From Callorhinchus milii (Eukaryota), in assembly GCF_018977255.1 (NCBI RefSeq), contig NW_024704742.1:127722001-127786000 (forward strand): a DNA stretch of 64,000 nucleotides. The letters are read 5' to 3'. A program made the translations under genes and the position numbers. The notes under the pieces are model-generated. The model ran no database searches and was not told the DNA's origin. It saw only the letters and a program-made list of their open reading frames with translations. Shown here piece after piece: positions 1 through 11,959 of the stretch (positions are counted from its first letter, which is position 1; each line of letters begins with the position of its first letter).

Positions 1-559
1 TGCCACTGATCCATTCACATTGTTATTTTTCGCCCACAAAATACACAGTGAATTCACTGTACAGTATATTCTGTGAAGCGCTTTGAGACTTATCAAAGAT
101 GTGATAGGGCAAAATATAAGTGTCTGTTGCACGCTTGTTTTTAGAAGTGCAACTTCATGTTCCATACTGTCTGGTTTACCGTCATGCGGTGCCTTGTAAT
201 TGCCAACACATCCACACTGCTTGATGTGATGTTTCAAGGAGATGGATTGGCAGAACTAGGAAATAGTGTAGGATACAGTTCCTGAAGCTACCTCAACAAT
301 GCCTGTGGTTACCTGACATCTTGTGATAATTTGAGTAGGAAGCTCCCTATGGTACGTGGAGGAGACTGTCAAAGAGGAGGTGAGTCAGTCAGGAGGATGG
401 CATCTGATCCAACCATCTTGGCCAATTTTCTCCAGCTGCAGTAGAATGCATGCGTTGAAGGTGTAGACTATCTATTTGAAACCAAGATAATATTCACTAT
501 CTCTTCCATTGCTACAGTGAGCTGGGGGATGCCCTGGCTATCTATGGGTAATGCTGCTG

Positions 560-890
560 AACCAACATCAACAACAAATTACATTTGTATAGGGCCTTTC
601 ACATCAGGCAGATGTCCCAAGTCACTTGACAGTCAGGAATCCGCACCGAAGCTCATGGATCAGATCATTCAAGAGAGGTGGAGGACTGGAAGGGTAGGGG
701 TAGGAGTATGGTTGAAGGCACAGTCGAAGAGGAGGGTCTTGAAGAAGGCAAGGGACGGGGCAAGGCAGAGGGGCTGTGGGATGGCATTCCAGAGGGCGGA
801 GGCAGAGAGGCTGAAGGCCTGCCCATCAATGGTGGGGCAGGCAAGGCGGCGAACATGAAACAGGCCAGAACCCACTGAGCGGACAGGTTG
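560..890 (-). mobile_element. L2 3' fragment
   Basis: Translates to the L2 C-terminus (GSGLFHV...AFSLSA..LWN..P...FKTLLFD) and has the degenerate stem-loop and (GTT)n tail. Confidence 0.85.
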
Positions 891-1419
891 GTAACCAAGA
901 CCACTGTTGAAAAAGCATACTACTTCCTTTAGCTCCTTGGTACATTGCTTACATTTGACCTGGTTTACTTGCAGAGCATCTCTGCTCTATTTTGCCCACA
1001 TAGTGGCAGGTAACAATGCTAAACCATTCACTGGAGAGCATCTTTTTTTTTACTTGAATTAAGTTATTAGGGTATCACCTGCAGGTCAATCACTCATTTT
1101 GTAGACCTATCAGATAATATATTATGAATCGTTCCCTAGACCACTGCTAAAACCTTTACTTCCTCTTATTCATTTGCCACGATGATGAATTTCCCATGTG
1201 TTACCGATAACCCAAGAGGTCTGCCTCTATGTTTATGGTAACTAAGGACAACTGTCAGCAAGTGACAGCGAACTCTTAGTGAACATGGTTTCACATGAAA
1301 GAGGACTTTAAAAAAAACAGAGAAAAATGTGACTTTACATAACAGAGTTCAATCTATCATGAAATGCCCCATATATGTGATTTATATATATTGTGGTGAA
1401 CACATTTTGAAAAAGATGA

Positions 1420-1835
1420 AGGATTTCTTATGAACTTTACATTTGGTACAGTGCCTTTCACATGAGAAGGACAAATCATTTCCCAGGATATACTGTAATG
1501 TGCATTGAGTGTGTCATTTGTTGGTGAATGCGGCAGCCAAATTGCACATAGCAATGTCCCACAAACTGCCGTGGAGTGAATGACTAATTTTATTTGGGGG
1601 ATTGTTGGCTAAAATACCGGAGAAACTCCCTTCTCATTTTGAATAATACCATGGTATCTTTAAGGTCCATCTAAACAGGCAGATGGGACCTCCGTGTAAT
1701 GTCCCATCCAAAGGACTACGACTCCAACAATGCAGAACAACCCAAGCACTGCATTGGAGTGTTAGACTAATGTCAGGCTTGAACCCACAACATTCTGACT
1801 CAGAGGTAAGAGTGCTACCAATTGAGCCAGGCTGA
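1420..1835 (-). mobile_element. Deu-domain tRNA-derived SINE (SacSINE1/AmnSINE1-like)
   Basis: Reverse complement of a tRNA-like head (CAGCCTGGCTCAATTGGTAGCACTC...) plus the Deu core and the shared SINE tail. Confidence 0.75.
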
Positions 1836-2169
1836 AACTCAACACTTTTTGGGGGCAGATTTATGCTACCAGGTTCACTCTGACCCTTTCTCCAGGTTTA
1901 GATGGGCTAAAGGTGGCATTTGTCTAAAAGAATAGGCCAGACACTTTAGTGTAACGATTCTCTGAAGCAGTTCAGCAGATTATATATTCCCCAAATCACA
2001 GGATTATAAATGTCAGTTCTCGTTGAATTGCTGAACACTATATTCCTCACCCAGTGGAACACATTTCCTTTGCTTTTTGCAAGTGGCTGCTATATTTGCC
2101 TACAAATACACAGACACATCTCTTGGTCAGTAATGTGCACATTCCATAAATGTCATATTCATATTTGCT

Positions 2170-2345
2170 TATTGTTAACACTCACTTCTGGGTCAGATAG
2201 TTGTGAGTTTAAGCTGTGAGTTCCAAGTACAAGCTAACATTCCAGTGCAGTATTGGGGGAAAACTGCATTGATGGATGTGCTGTCCTTTGGATGAGACAT
2301 TAAACTTTGGTCCCATCTGCCTGTTCAGGTGGATGATAATGAACC
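2170..2345 (+). mobile_element. DeuSINE fragment
   Basis: GATGAGACATTAAAC...TCTGCCTGTTCAGGTGGATG Deu core. Confidence 0.7.
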
Positions 2346-2511
2346 CCCAAAAATCACAACTCTTCATTATCAGTAGGGTTTTCTATCATCCATTTTACTC
2401 CAATCAGAATTGTTTCTTATCAAGTTTTTCCTTGAACTTCCTCACTTGAATTGTACCTCATTTTACTGAGGTACAATTCCACAGGTGCCAGTCACTTTCC
2501 ATCCCTGCTTC

Positions 2512-2910
2512 AACAACAACAACAAAATTACATTTATAGAGCGCCTTGCACATCGTGAGGACGTCCCAAAGCGCTGAACAGTCAGGTGTCAGGGGCCGAG
2601 CATGGGGGAGGGGTGGTGTAGGGGTAAGGGAAGACAGAGAGGTAGGAGGGAGACCAAAGGCACGGTCAAAGAGAAGAGTCTTGAGACCGGCCTTGAAGGA
2701 GGCAAGGGAGGAAGCGAGGCGAAGGGACCGCGGGATGGAATTCCAGAATGTGGAGGCAGAGAGGCTGAAAGCCCGGCCACCGATGGTAGGGCGGGTCGGG
2801 CGGGAGACCTGGAGCAGACCGGAGCCTGATGAACGGAGGGAGCGGGCAGGTTGGTAGGGAGTCAGCAGGTCAGAGAGGTAGGAGGGGGCAAGGCCATGGA
2901 TGGCCTTAAA
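2512..2910 (-). mobile_element. L2 3' fragment (same subfamily as 44262-47295)
   Basis: Highly similar to 44262-44660; (CAA)n on +. Confidence 0.9.
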
Positions 2911-2931
2911 GTTGCTTCCTTGTCTAAGTAC

Positions 2932-3247
2932 AATAATAATCCTTACATTTGATTTAATGTCTCTACATCAAAGACATCAGGAAGATGTCTCAAAGATTTC
3001 CATGGGATTCACTGTAATGTGTAGTGACTGTGTATTTTGTAGAACCTGGCATACAATTTATGCACAGCAATGTCTCACAAATAGCCTTGAAGTGATTGAC
3101 CAATTTTATCTGGAGGATTGTTGGCCAGGACACTGGGAGAAACTCTTTCTCTTTTCGAGTAGTGCCATGGGATCTTGAACGTCCACCTGAATCAGCACAG
3201 ACTGGACCTCAGTTTAACATCTCATCCAAAGGACAGCACCTCTTACA
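2932..3247 (-). mobile_element. DeuSINE (partial)
   Basis: (AAT)n tail and Deu core in reverse orientation. Confidence 0.75.
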
Positions 3248-3690
3248 ATGTCCTGTAGCGTTGTGGTTAGCCGGCTCACCTCACAAGCGAGAGAACCTGG
3301 GCTCGATGGCTGGGTGGGCAGAACAGCAACAACAACAAAATTTAATTTGTATAGCGCCTTTCACGTCAGGAGGATGTTCCAAGGCACTGAAAACCTCAGG
3401 CAAGTTTCCTTATTCCACACACCTCTGTTTACCTAGCAGTATGTAGGAACCCAATTGCTGGTCAATTGGCAGATCGCTTTCCGAGGATAATAATCCCTTC
3501 CAAAAAGGGACTCTTGAGTGTCACTCAAACCATGACTGTTTGTGGGACACTGCTGTGCGCAATTGGCTGCCGTATTTTGCCCACAAAATACACAGCAAAT
3601 CCATTTGACAGTATATTCTGTGAAGTGCTTTGAGATGTCTCAACGATGTGATAAGGCAGTATATCAAATGCAAGGATTATTATTATTAAT
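3248..3690 (+). mobile_element. tRNA-derived SINE family A, interrupted by a short L2 tail insert (3325-3390)
   Basis: Head TCCTGTAGCG.TGTGGTTAG, body GCAAGTTTCCTTA.TCCACAC.CCTCTGTTTACCTAGCAG, tail ATCAAATGCAAGG(ATT)n. Confidence 0.85.
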
Positions 3691-5000
3691 GCAGTGCATC
3701 CTCAGCACTTAATTGGAATTTCAATCTAGTATATATGAGTTCAAAGTCCCGACTTGGGTCTTGAACTTACAACCTTCTAGCTCAAGAGTCGAGAGTACTA
3801 CCACAGAGTCAGGTTAGTAGCCATTTATTTGTGTATGATTCTCAACAGTGAGTGTTGGCAGTCTAGCTGAGCAGGTGTGTTGTAGCAGAGCCTTGCCTGT
3901 GGCCTGAAATTACTAATGATCTTAACCTTTGCATCGGTTTGTTTCAAAATGTAAAATCATGCAGAATTTTGGAAAATAGTTACTCCATTGACACTTCCCA
4001 CAATTAAGTTAAATACAAGTTTGTTGCAATATCACATGAACTGTTTGCCTACAAAATACACAATCACCACATCTTGTATAGTATATTCTGTACTTAGCCT
4101 GTAAAGTGATTTGTTATGTCTTCCTGACGTGGAAGTCATTATATCAAATGTAAGGATTATTATTTATTAAAATTATATTCACAGCTACACTCCAACAGCA
4201 TATTGATTACATGAGATAACAGCCATTAATGGTAAATTATTCTACAGGTCGCGACTTATTTACTTTATTAAAGTTGGCAGAAGATGCCTTCCTTCTGAAA
4301 TACATTACAGCCATGGTTTGATCTTCACTGATGTGCAATTTGTTTTTTTTCTTGTGGTGGTTTGACTAATAATGATGGGAGTGATGTAGTGGAAGTGCTG
4401 AGAGGAAGGTGTAGGTGGTCGTTATGGAGTGTGTGGGTGGCATCAATTTCAAGTCTCAGAGGAAAAACAAAATCAGTATGAAGAGCTTCTCGGGAAGTAG
4501 CAATCTCAAACATAGCTACAGGAGAGACAACAAGAGAGTCTTAAGAGTATGCAGTAATGACAGCAACTGTGGAAGTGATAGTAGCAACACAAATGGAGTT
4601 TAATGCCTTTCCGTTCTGTTTTAAGCTTATAATCAATGATTCAAGCAAATGGTCTCATGGCAAGGGTTTATCTAATATGATGCTGAACTTTATTAATCTG
4701 TAAGAGAACGTTTTGGATGTAGGAGCATATTTGACGTGGTCTTAACCTTGTCGTACAGAAGGTGGAGGAGGAATGGAGTTAATAGCGAAAAACGTTGCAC
4801 CTTCTAGATATAGGGCAAACATATTCCATCTGGTTCCCTGCAAAATGTAGTGATGGTACAAACTGAAGCAGCATCACTTCTAATTCTACTGCTGTTCTTA
4901 AAGATTCTTTCCTGCTTTGTGCTCATTTCTCACTATTTCGAAGATCTATCGACAATATTAATCCCACAAATAGTTCTGAAAGCCACGGTTATCTAGCTTG

Positions 5001-5165
5001 ACAAACACACTATATATTTAACTGGAAAGAATTCAAACCCCATGGGTCATGAATTCAGGCCAACACACTTTGTTTTCCTGGAAAGAATTCAAAGCCTGTC
5101 ATTCATGCACTCAGACTAACACACTGTGTGATATATATATTTTCCTGAATATATTTAAACTTGTC
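5001..5165. repeat. Degenerate ~56-bp tandem repeat, about 3 copies
   Basis: AACACACT....CTGGAAAGAATTCAAA recurs at about 5004 and 5061, with a looser third copy at about 5117. Confidence 0.7.
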
Positions 5166-6324
5166 GTAGTATCAGTCCCATGCTTTGTGCTCTTGGTAGA
5201 ATAGTGGTATTTCGGGATGCATTGATGACATTAATTCCAGATCTATATTTTACACCTCTGCATTTATTTTACCCCAAACTCTAAAGTATGGACTTCCCAC
5301 AGTCAACCTTACAGAGTAGACAAAACAAATACTCTTCCATTTATACAGCCAGAAAAATGCACTCCATACATTTTTGAGCAAAAGATCAAAAGACTAACTT
5401 CACAATGTTATGCTAACATACTTAATACACTTCTAAAAGAAAAAAAGTTACAAGTTTAATAATTCTACTCTTGTATGTTATATACATAATATATATTTTA
5501 AAACATCTTCTCATGACAAAAATCCAAATTTGTACTTAACGCACAAAGATAATTATCCAAAATGTTTATTTCCTCCTGGGTTATCCCCTTCAAACCATGA
5601 TGAATGCGGCTAAACATGGGTTTAATATTTAACTATTTACAGATAATTCAGTTTTTTTTCAACTGAATAGTTTAGCTACTGACAGAACAATTCTAATATC
5701 AAACTTTTTTTTGGCTCTTGTTTTCCCCTGTACTGCTGACATTTATTGAACCTGGAGTTGATATACTGTGTTAAAACATCTTGCTTTTTTGGGTAGAAAA
5801 TCTTTTGTTTCTTCATAGTACCAAATGCACAGTTCAATTAAAATCAAAGTCAAAAGTAAATCTAAGATTTCCTCAGACCTATCTGAAAAAATATAGGGCC
5901 TTATCACGTGGTTTTGCACACAAAATACATAGTCAATTCACTTTATGATATATTCTGTGAAGTGCTTTGAAACTCTTTAAGAAGTGCTTTCAGCAGCTTG
6001 GGACTTCCTCCCGATGTAAACGGCGCTGAACAAATGTAATTTGTTCCTGTTCTTATTGTTGTCTCAACGATCTGATAAGGCACCATATCAAATGCAAGAA
6101 TTATTATTATTATAAAGGCTTTTGGCTCATTCAGATTAAAGTGACCAAACTCAGTATAACTTGGATATGTCCCCTATCATTCTACATTCATTCTTTCTCT
6201 TTTTGATATCCAATTCGATGCCTAGAAAGCCTTGGCTCACTCTGCCAACGAGCTACAACAAGGATAATATTCCCACCAAGGGAATTGTTGGCACACTTCA
6301 ACAATTCAATTCTGTAATTTTAGG

Positions 6325-6730
6325 GTCAGCCTATCTTAATTGGTAGCACTCTCGCCTCAGAGTCAGAAGCTTCTGGGTTTTTGCCTGAAGTGGAGACTAT
6401 GAACCCACTGTCTATTAGCTGACACTATCAGTGCAGTACTAGAGGTGGCTGCATTGTTGGAGGTGCTACCCTTCCGTTGAGACATTACAAGTCTGCCTGT
6501 TTCATCCCATTTGAAAAGAGAAGTAAGTTTCCCTCAGTGTCCTGGCTAACAGCCCTCCAGATAAGATTGGTTATTAACATTGTGGCTGTTTCTACGACAC
6601 TGCTGTGTGCATTTGGTTGCTGCATTCACCTTCAAAATCACACAGTCACCACACCACAGTGAAATCCTGTGATGCACTTTGAGATGTTTTGATGATGTGG
6701 TCGACGATATATCAAATGCAAGGATTATTG
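6325..6730 (+). mobile_element. DeuSINE, near full length
   Basis: tRNA head, Deu core and shared (ATT)n tail. Confidence 0.8.
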
Positions 6731-6829
6731 TATAAATCAAAGTTTTTGCACTAATCGTTGACATTCTTAGCTGTTGGCACTTATCTATAAGATAAATTTA
6801 TTCTAAAACAAAGATTCCTTTATACAAGT

Positions 6830-9055
6830 ATAAAGATTAAGTCATCCAGAGATGTCTGGCAACATTCTTGGCTTGTACTTTGGTATATAGGCTTTAATTA
6901 TAGTATAGTTCACAAATACATACATGCCAATACGCCCTACTTTGTGCCTGCACTTGCAGTTCTTTCACACTTGTAATGTTTCTCATACTTTCTATGCATA
7001 AATAATAAATCCTTGCAATTTTTAAAAACAATCCTTGCATTTGATGTAGCACGTTTCACGGCAGGAGGATGGCTTTGCATACTGTAAAGTGTAGTGACCA
7101 TGTATTTGAAGGTGCATGTGGCAGCCAATTTACGCACAGCAAAATCCCATAAACAACCATAACAACAACTTGCACTTATATAGTGCCCTCCAAGCAGGGT
7201 AGCGTTTTAGACCGCTTAACAGTGGCGAAGCCTAACTCCGAGTTGGGGGGGGCAGGTGGTGGGAGGTAGCCATCAGCATGGTTGAAGAGAAAGGTTTTCA
7301 GTTGGGATTATGGGGTTAATGATCAATTTAACTGGGGTGGACTGGGGGTAATTGTTGGCCAGGGCAACTTGGCCAATAATGTGCTCTGTACCTTTCATTT
7401 TATGAATGATTCATCTATAATTAATTGTCACTGTAACATCATTAAACAGTGGGAAATGCACACTTCTAGAGTTTTATTCATGAAAAAGGTTGAAATATCT
7501 TCAATGTAATTAAAAGAAACCTCTTTTTATTAGTGACTTTTGCCAAGAGCTGTCTCATCTGATAAGATATACCAAACATTATGGGCTGGATAAATTATAG
7601 TTTCCATGATAATCACAGTGAAAAATGATTCACATGGACAAATAACAAAAAAAACTCTGAAACAATATGATAACAGTAGTTTACCTGTATTAAAAAGTAT
7701 AACAACTGTTTTGCTGTTGTCAAACTATATTTTTAGCTGTAATGTAAACCATGTTATAATAATAATAATCCTTGCATTTGATATAGCGTTTTTCACGTCG
7801 GGAAGACGTCCCAAAGCGCTTTACAGAACACACTGTAAAGTGAATTGACTATATATTTGTGGGCGAACGCGGCAGCCAATTGCGCACAGCAATGTCCCAC
7901 AAACAGTCGTAGATTGAAAATGACCAATTTATTATTGTTTTTGGTTTGGAGGGATTATTATTAGGCGTGTGGAGTAAGGAAACTTGCCCAAGGTTTCGCC
8001 CTGCCTGGAATTGAACTCAGATCTCTCACTTGCCAAGCGAGTGCTCTAATCACTGAGCTACAGGACTCCATGAGTCCATGTTGTGAGCTCCAGCCGGTAA
8101 AATTGCGAAACAATTTTCCAGTTTATGTTGAGGGTTACTGTGGGATATTGAACATTCTATAAGNTTTTTTGTATCTCGACTGTGCAAATATACAATCTCT
8201 ACAATTTACAATAAATCCTCTGAAGCGCATGAATCATGAGACAACGACAATAACAAATGTACATTTATACTGTATAACACCTTTCACATCGCCAAGGCAC
8301 TGGACAGTCCAGGGTTTGCACCCGAGTTGGCAAGATGTCCTCATCTCTACACTCGGGATATAGACTGGGACACGACATGTCAAGTGACTGCCAGGATGGT
8401 GGAAGGAGAATTAGATGGACCTTGGTCTTCTTTCGCCTAGCAAATTCTTATGTTCTTATGTTCTCATGTCATGAAAGGCACCGTATCAAATGTAAGGATT
8501 ATTACATTATTCTCTCCTATTTGCTGTCCTAGAAATTCTGAACCACCTGAAAATAAGTATTTTATTGTGGTGAAAGTGACAAGAAAACAGTGATTGAAAT
8601 AACTATTTGCTGTTGCAATTTGCAATAGACATCTGCTGAATATCCACAGGCAAAACATTGCTGATTCTTATCAGATGAGACATCTATTGGCAAAAAGTCA
8701 CTCTTAAAAATGTTTTGTTTTAATTACATTGAAAACATTTCAAACTTTTTATGAGTGAATGCTTGAAACACACATTTCCCACTGTTTAATGATGTTATGC
8801 TGATGATTAACTAAAGATAAATAATTTATGTAGTGCAAAGTACAGATCAAGTAATGACATTATTAGTTGTACTACAATCCAATTTTCTGACCCTGATTCA
8901 CAATAAACCTGACATTGGAACATTCTCACTGCTGCATAAAGTAGAGTATAAGAACCTTAGTTCTTCTCTACATTGTCTGTAAACCACTATTAGCTTCTAT
9001 GCATTAGAACATCTAAACCTAATGTCTGAGACATCCATAGATGGCTGAAGCATCT
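6830..9055. repeat. Old imperfect long inverted repeat (arms ~6830-7570 and ~8660-9055), interrupted by younger SINEs
   Basis: 7385-7566 is the diverged reverse complement of 8666-8848 (e.g. AACATCATTAAACAGTGGGAAATG / CATTTCCCACTGTTTAATGATGTT; TGTCTCATCTGATAAGA / TCTTATCAGATGAGACA). Confidence 0.8.
7756..8069 (-). mobile_element. SINE family A, full length, short-body subfamily
   Basis: Head GGAGTCCTGTAGCTCAGTG with B-box-like GAGTTCAATTCC. Lacks the CTCTGTTTACCTAGCAG block. Tail GGGACGTCTTCCCGACGTG plus (ATT)n. Confidence 0.9.
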
Positions 9056-9127
9056 CTATAAACAATCCTCCTTTGAATTATAACTCTACTCCCATTAAAT
9101 GTTTTTCATTTTGGCCTTGTAATGGGT

Positions 9128-9478
9128 GATATAATAATTCTTGCATTTGATATAGGGCCTTATCACCTGGTTGAGATGTTTCAAAAATTTTACACAATAT
9201 ACTGTATGATGATTTGATTGTATATTTTGTGGGCGAAACGTGGCAGCTAATTGCACCCAGTAATGTCCCACAAACAGTTGTGGATTGAGAGACCAAATCA
9301 TGTAATTCTTTATTTATTTGAAGCGATGATTATTCCCAGAAAGTAATCCGCCAATTGACTAACGACCAAGTTCCTACTTACTGCTTCATAAACGGATGCA
9401 TGTGGATTAAAGAAACCTGCCTAAGGTTTTACCCCAACCGGAAATTGAATCCGGGTCCTCTCATTTGTGAAGCGAGTG
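9128..9478 (-). mobile_element. SINE family A, head split by an L2 insertion (remainder at 10326-10352)
   Basis: Family A body; the head resumes after the L2 as ...GCTACAGGATTCC. Confidence 0.8.
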
Positions 9479-10325
9479 AGCAAGACCGAGGCCCTCCTGA
9501 TTGGCTCGCGCCAGCGCCTCCACACCTCGGGCGTTGGCAGCATCAGCATCCATGGCTGCACACTCAAACTCACTAAGCAGGTCAGGATCCTGTTTGTCCC
9601 TGAACTGTCCTTTCTCCCCCACATCCGCGCCATGACCAGTGCTGCCTACCACCACCTCCGCAACATTGCCAGACTCCGCCACTGCCTCACCCCTCAGGCT
9701 GCCGAAACCCTCACCCACGCATTCGTCATATCAAGGCTCGATTATGGAAATTCCCTCCTTATCAGCCTATCCGACTCTTCCCTTCACAAGCTGCAGATCA
9801 TCCAAAACTTTGCAGCTTGTGTACTCTCTCGCACCAGGCTCCGTGACCCCATCATTCCCACCCTCACCTGACTCCACTGGCTCCCGATCCCTCAGAGGAT
9901 CGAATTCAAGATCCTCGTCCTCACTTTCAAGGCCATCCATGGCCTTGCCCGCTCCTATCTCTCTAACCTGCTGACTCCCTACCAACCTGCCCGCTCCCTC
10001 TGTTCAGCAGGCTCTGGTCTGCTCCATATCTCCCACCCAACTTGTCCTAGCGTCAGTGTGGCCCAGCTTTCAGCCTCTCAGCCCCACACACACTGGAACT
10101 GCATCTCACAGTCCCTTTGCCTCACTTCCTCCCTTGCCTCTTCAAGGTCGGTCTCAAGACCCTCCTCTTCGATCATTCCTTTGGTCACCCTCCCACCTCT
10201 CTGCCTTCCCTTACCCCTCCCCACCCCTCCCCCATGCTCGGGTCCTGACCCCTGACTGTCCAGCGCCTTGGAATGTCCTCCAGACATGAAAGGCGCTCTA
10301 TAAATGTAATTTTGTTGTTGTTGTT
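9479..10325 (+). mobile_element. 5'-truncated L2 with GAGTG target-site duplication
   Basis: [13 protein letters not shown]...SRLDYGNS peptide, stem-loop, (GTT)n. GAGTG at 9474-9478 and 10326-10330. Confidence 0.92.
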
Positions 10326-10480
10326 GAGTGTTCCATGATGCTACAGGATTCCATGATGCATAATGGTGCTACATGATGCATTTCTGAGCCATACCAACCA
10401 AGTTCCAGGTTCAATCTTTGGTCTTTATTGATTTAGCTGAGCTTACATGGAGTTTCAGTGGGGTAAATGGAATTGAACTC

Positions 10481-10544
10481 TGCGCCTTGGGACGTCCTCC
10501 CGACGTGAAAGGCGCTATACGAATGTAATCTTGTTGTTGTTGTT
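10481..10544 (+). mobile_element. Minimal L2 insert consisting of the 3' stem-loop and (GTT)n only
   Basis: GCGCCTTGGGACGTCCTCCCGACGTGAAAGGCGCT...(GTT)n with no upstream L2 sequence. Confidence 0.85.
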
Positions 10545-10597
10545 GAATTCAGTGCTCCTAGGCTCTTGGTAAGGTTAAAATCAGCTAGGTTCCTGAT

Positions 10598-10780
10598 AAA
10601 TTGGTCATTTTCAATCTACGACTGTTTGTGGGACATTGCTGTGCACAATTGGCTGCCGCGTTCGCCCACAAATATACAGTCAATTCACTTTACAGTGTGT
10701 TCTGTGAAGCGCTTTGGGACGTCCTCCCGACGTGAAAAGCGCTATATCAAATGCAAGGATTATTATTATTATTATTATTT
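10598..10780 (+). mobile_element. SINE 3' half (short-body subfamily tail)
   Basis: Near-identical to the reverse complement of 7756-7930. Confidence 0.85.
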
Positions 10781-10985
10781 GAAAAGAAAAGGGAGTTCCT
10801 CTTGTTATCCTGGTCAACAATCCCCCAAATAATGGCTATTTGTAGGACATTGCTGTGCGCAATTGGTCTGCTGCATTCATCTATAAATACACAGTTACTC
10901 CACTTCACAGTGGAGCTTTGAGACGTCCTCCCGATGTGAAAGGCGCTATTATACCAAATGCAAGGAATATTATCAAAAAAAACTT

Positions 10986-11570
10986 AAAATACTGCAGATG
11001 CTGGAAATCTGAAACAAAAACAGAAGTCGCTTGGAACACTCAGCATGTCAGGCAGCATCTATAGAGAAAGGAAAGTGAGTCAACTTTTCAGGTCCATGAC
11101 CCTTCATCAGAACTGGGGAATGTTGGGAGGGAGAGGCTTTTAAGGGATAACAGAAAGGGGGGAGGCAGGGCAAGTAAGACAAAGGAGAAAATGGGGTAGA
11201 GGACAGGAAATGATGGGTTAAGGAGGTGTTAATGATGCAAAACAAAGGGGGGATTGCAACAAACCAGGGGAATACAGGTGTTAATAATGCAGAACAAAGG
11301 CGGGGGGGTGGAATTGCAATAAAATAGGCAGACCAGAGAGAGAAAAGGTGTGTTTGGGATCCAGATGATGTGGTAATGGTCACAGAAGAGGGGGAGGGGG
11401 AAGATGAGCTGTTATAGTCTGAAATTGTTGAAATCAATATTGAGGCCAGAGGGCTGTAAGGTCCTGAGCAGATAAATGAGGTGCTGTTTCTCGAGCTTGC
11501 GCTGTGGCTCATTGGAACAATGTAGGAGACTGTGGATGGAGAACTCAGAGTGGGAGGGAGAGTTGAAGTG
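10986..11570 (-). mobile_element. Penelope-like element 3' fragment (GIY-YIG endonuclease C-terminus plus terminal repeat region)
   Basis: Peptide HFNSPSHS...LLHC.NE.QRKLEKQHLIY.L.TLQPSGLNIDF* at 11412-11570 is typical of PLE endonuclease ends. It is followed by CTGATGA..GAAA and ATAGATGCTGCCTGAC..GCTGAG...CCAGCATCTGCAG. GCAAGGA(A/T)TATTAT flanks both sides (10960, 11571). Confidence 0.82.
11080..11116 (-). ncRNA. Degenerate hammerhead-ribozyme-like core in the Penelope fragment
   Basis: CUGAUGA-A-GGGUC-AUG-GACCU-GAAA: both core boxes and stem II are present, but the base after GAAA is A rather than the usual C. Confidence 0.5.
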
Positions 11571-11635
11571 GCAAGGATTATTATTGTTTACTAAGTGAAT
11601 ATTCAGGACATAACCCACAACACAGCCAGTTTTTT

Positions 11636-11940
11636 TCCTTGCATTTGATATAGTGCTTTTCACGTCGGGAAGACGCCCCAAAGCGCTTCACAGAACACAT
11701 TGTAAAGTGAATTGACTGTATATTTGTAGGCGAACACGGCAGCCAATTGCGCACAGCAATGTCCCACAGTTGTAGATTGAAAATGACCAATTTATTATTG
11801 TTTTTGTTGGTTTTTGGAGGGATTATTATTAGGCTCTGTGTGGAGTAAGGAAACTTGCCCAAGGTTTCGCCCTGCCTGGAATTGAACTCAGGTCTCTCAC
11901 TTGCAAAGCGAGTGCTCTCACCACTGAGCTACAGGACTCC
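11636..11940 (-). mobile_element. SINE family A, short-body subfamily
   Basis: Closely matches 7756-8069. Confidence 0.9.
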
Positions 11941-11959
11941 ACAGTTGTCCGAAACATAT

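Noticed and set aside
7614..7653. RSS/Transib-like CACAGTG...ACAAAAAAA
   Set aside because: The spacer is 24 nt, the nonamer is imperfect and no V/D/J segment is adjacent; likely chance.
8164..8164. Single N base
   Set aside because: Assembly ambiguity with no biological signal.
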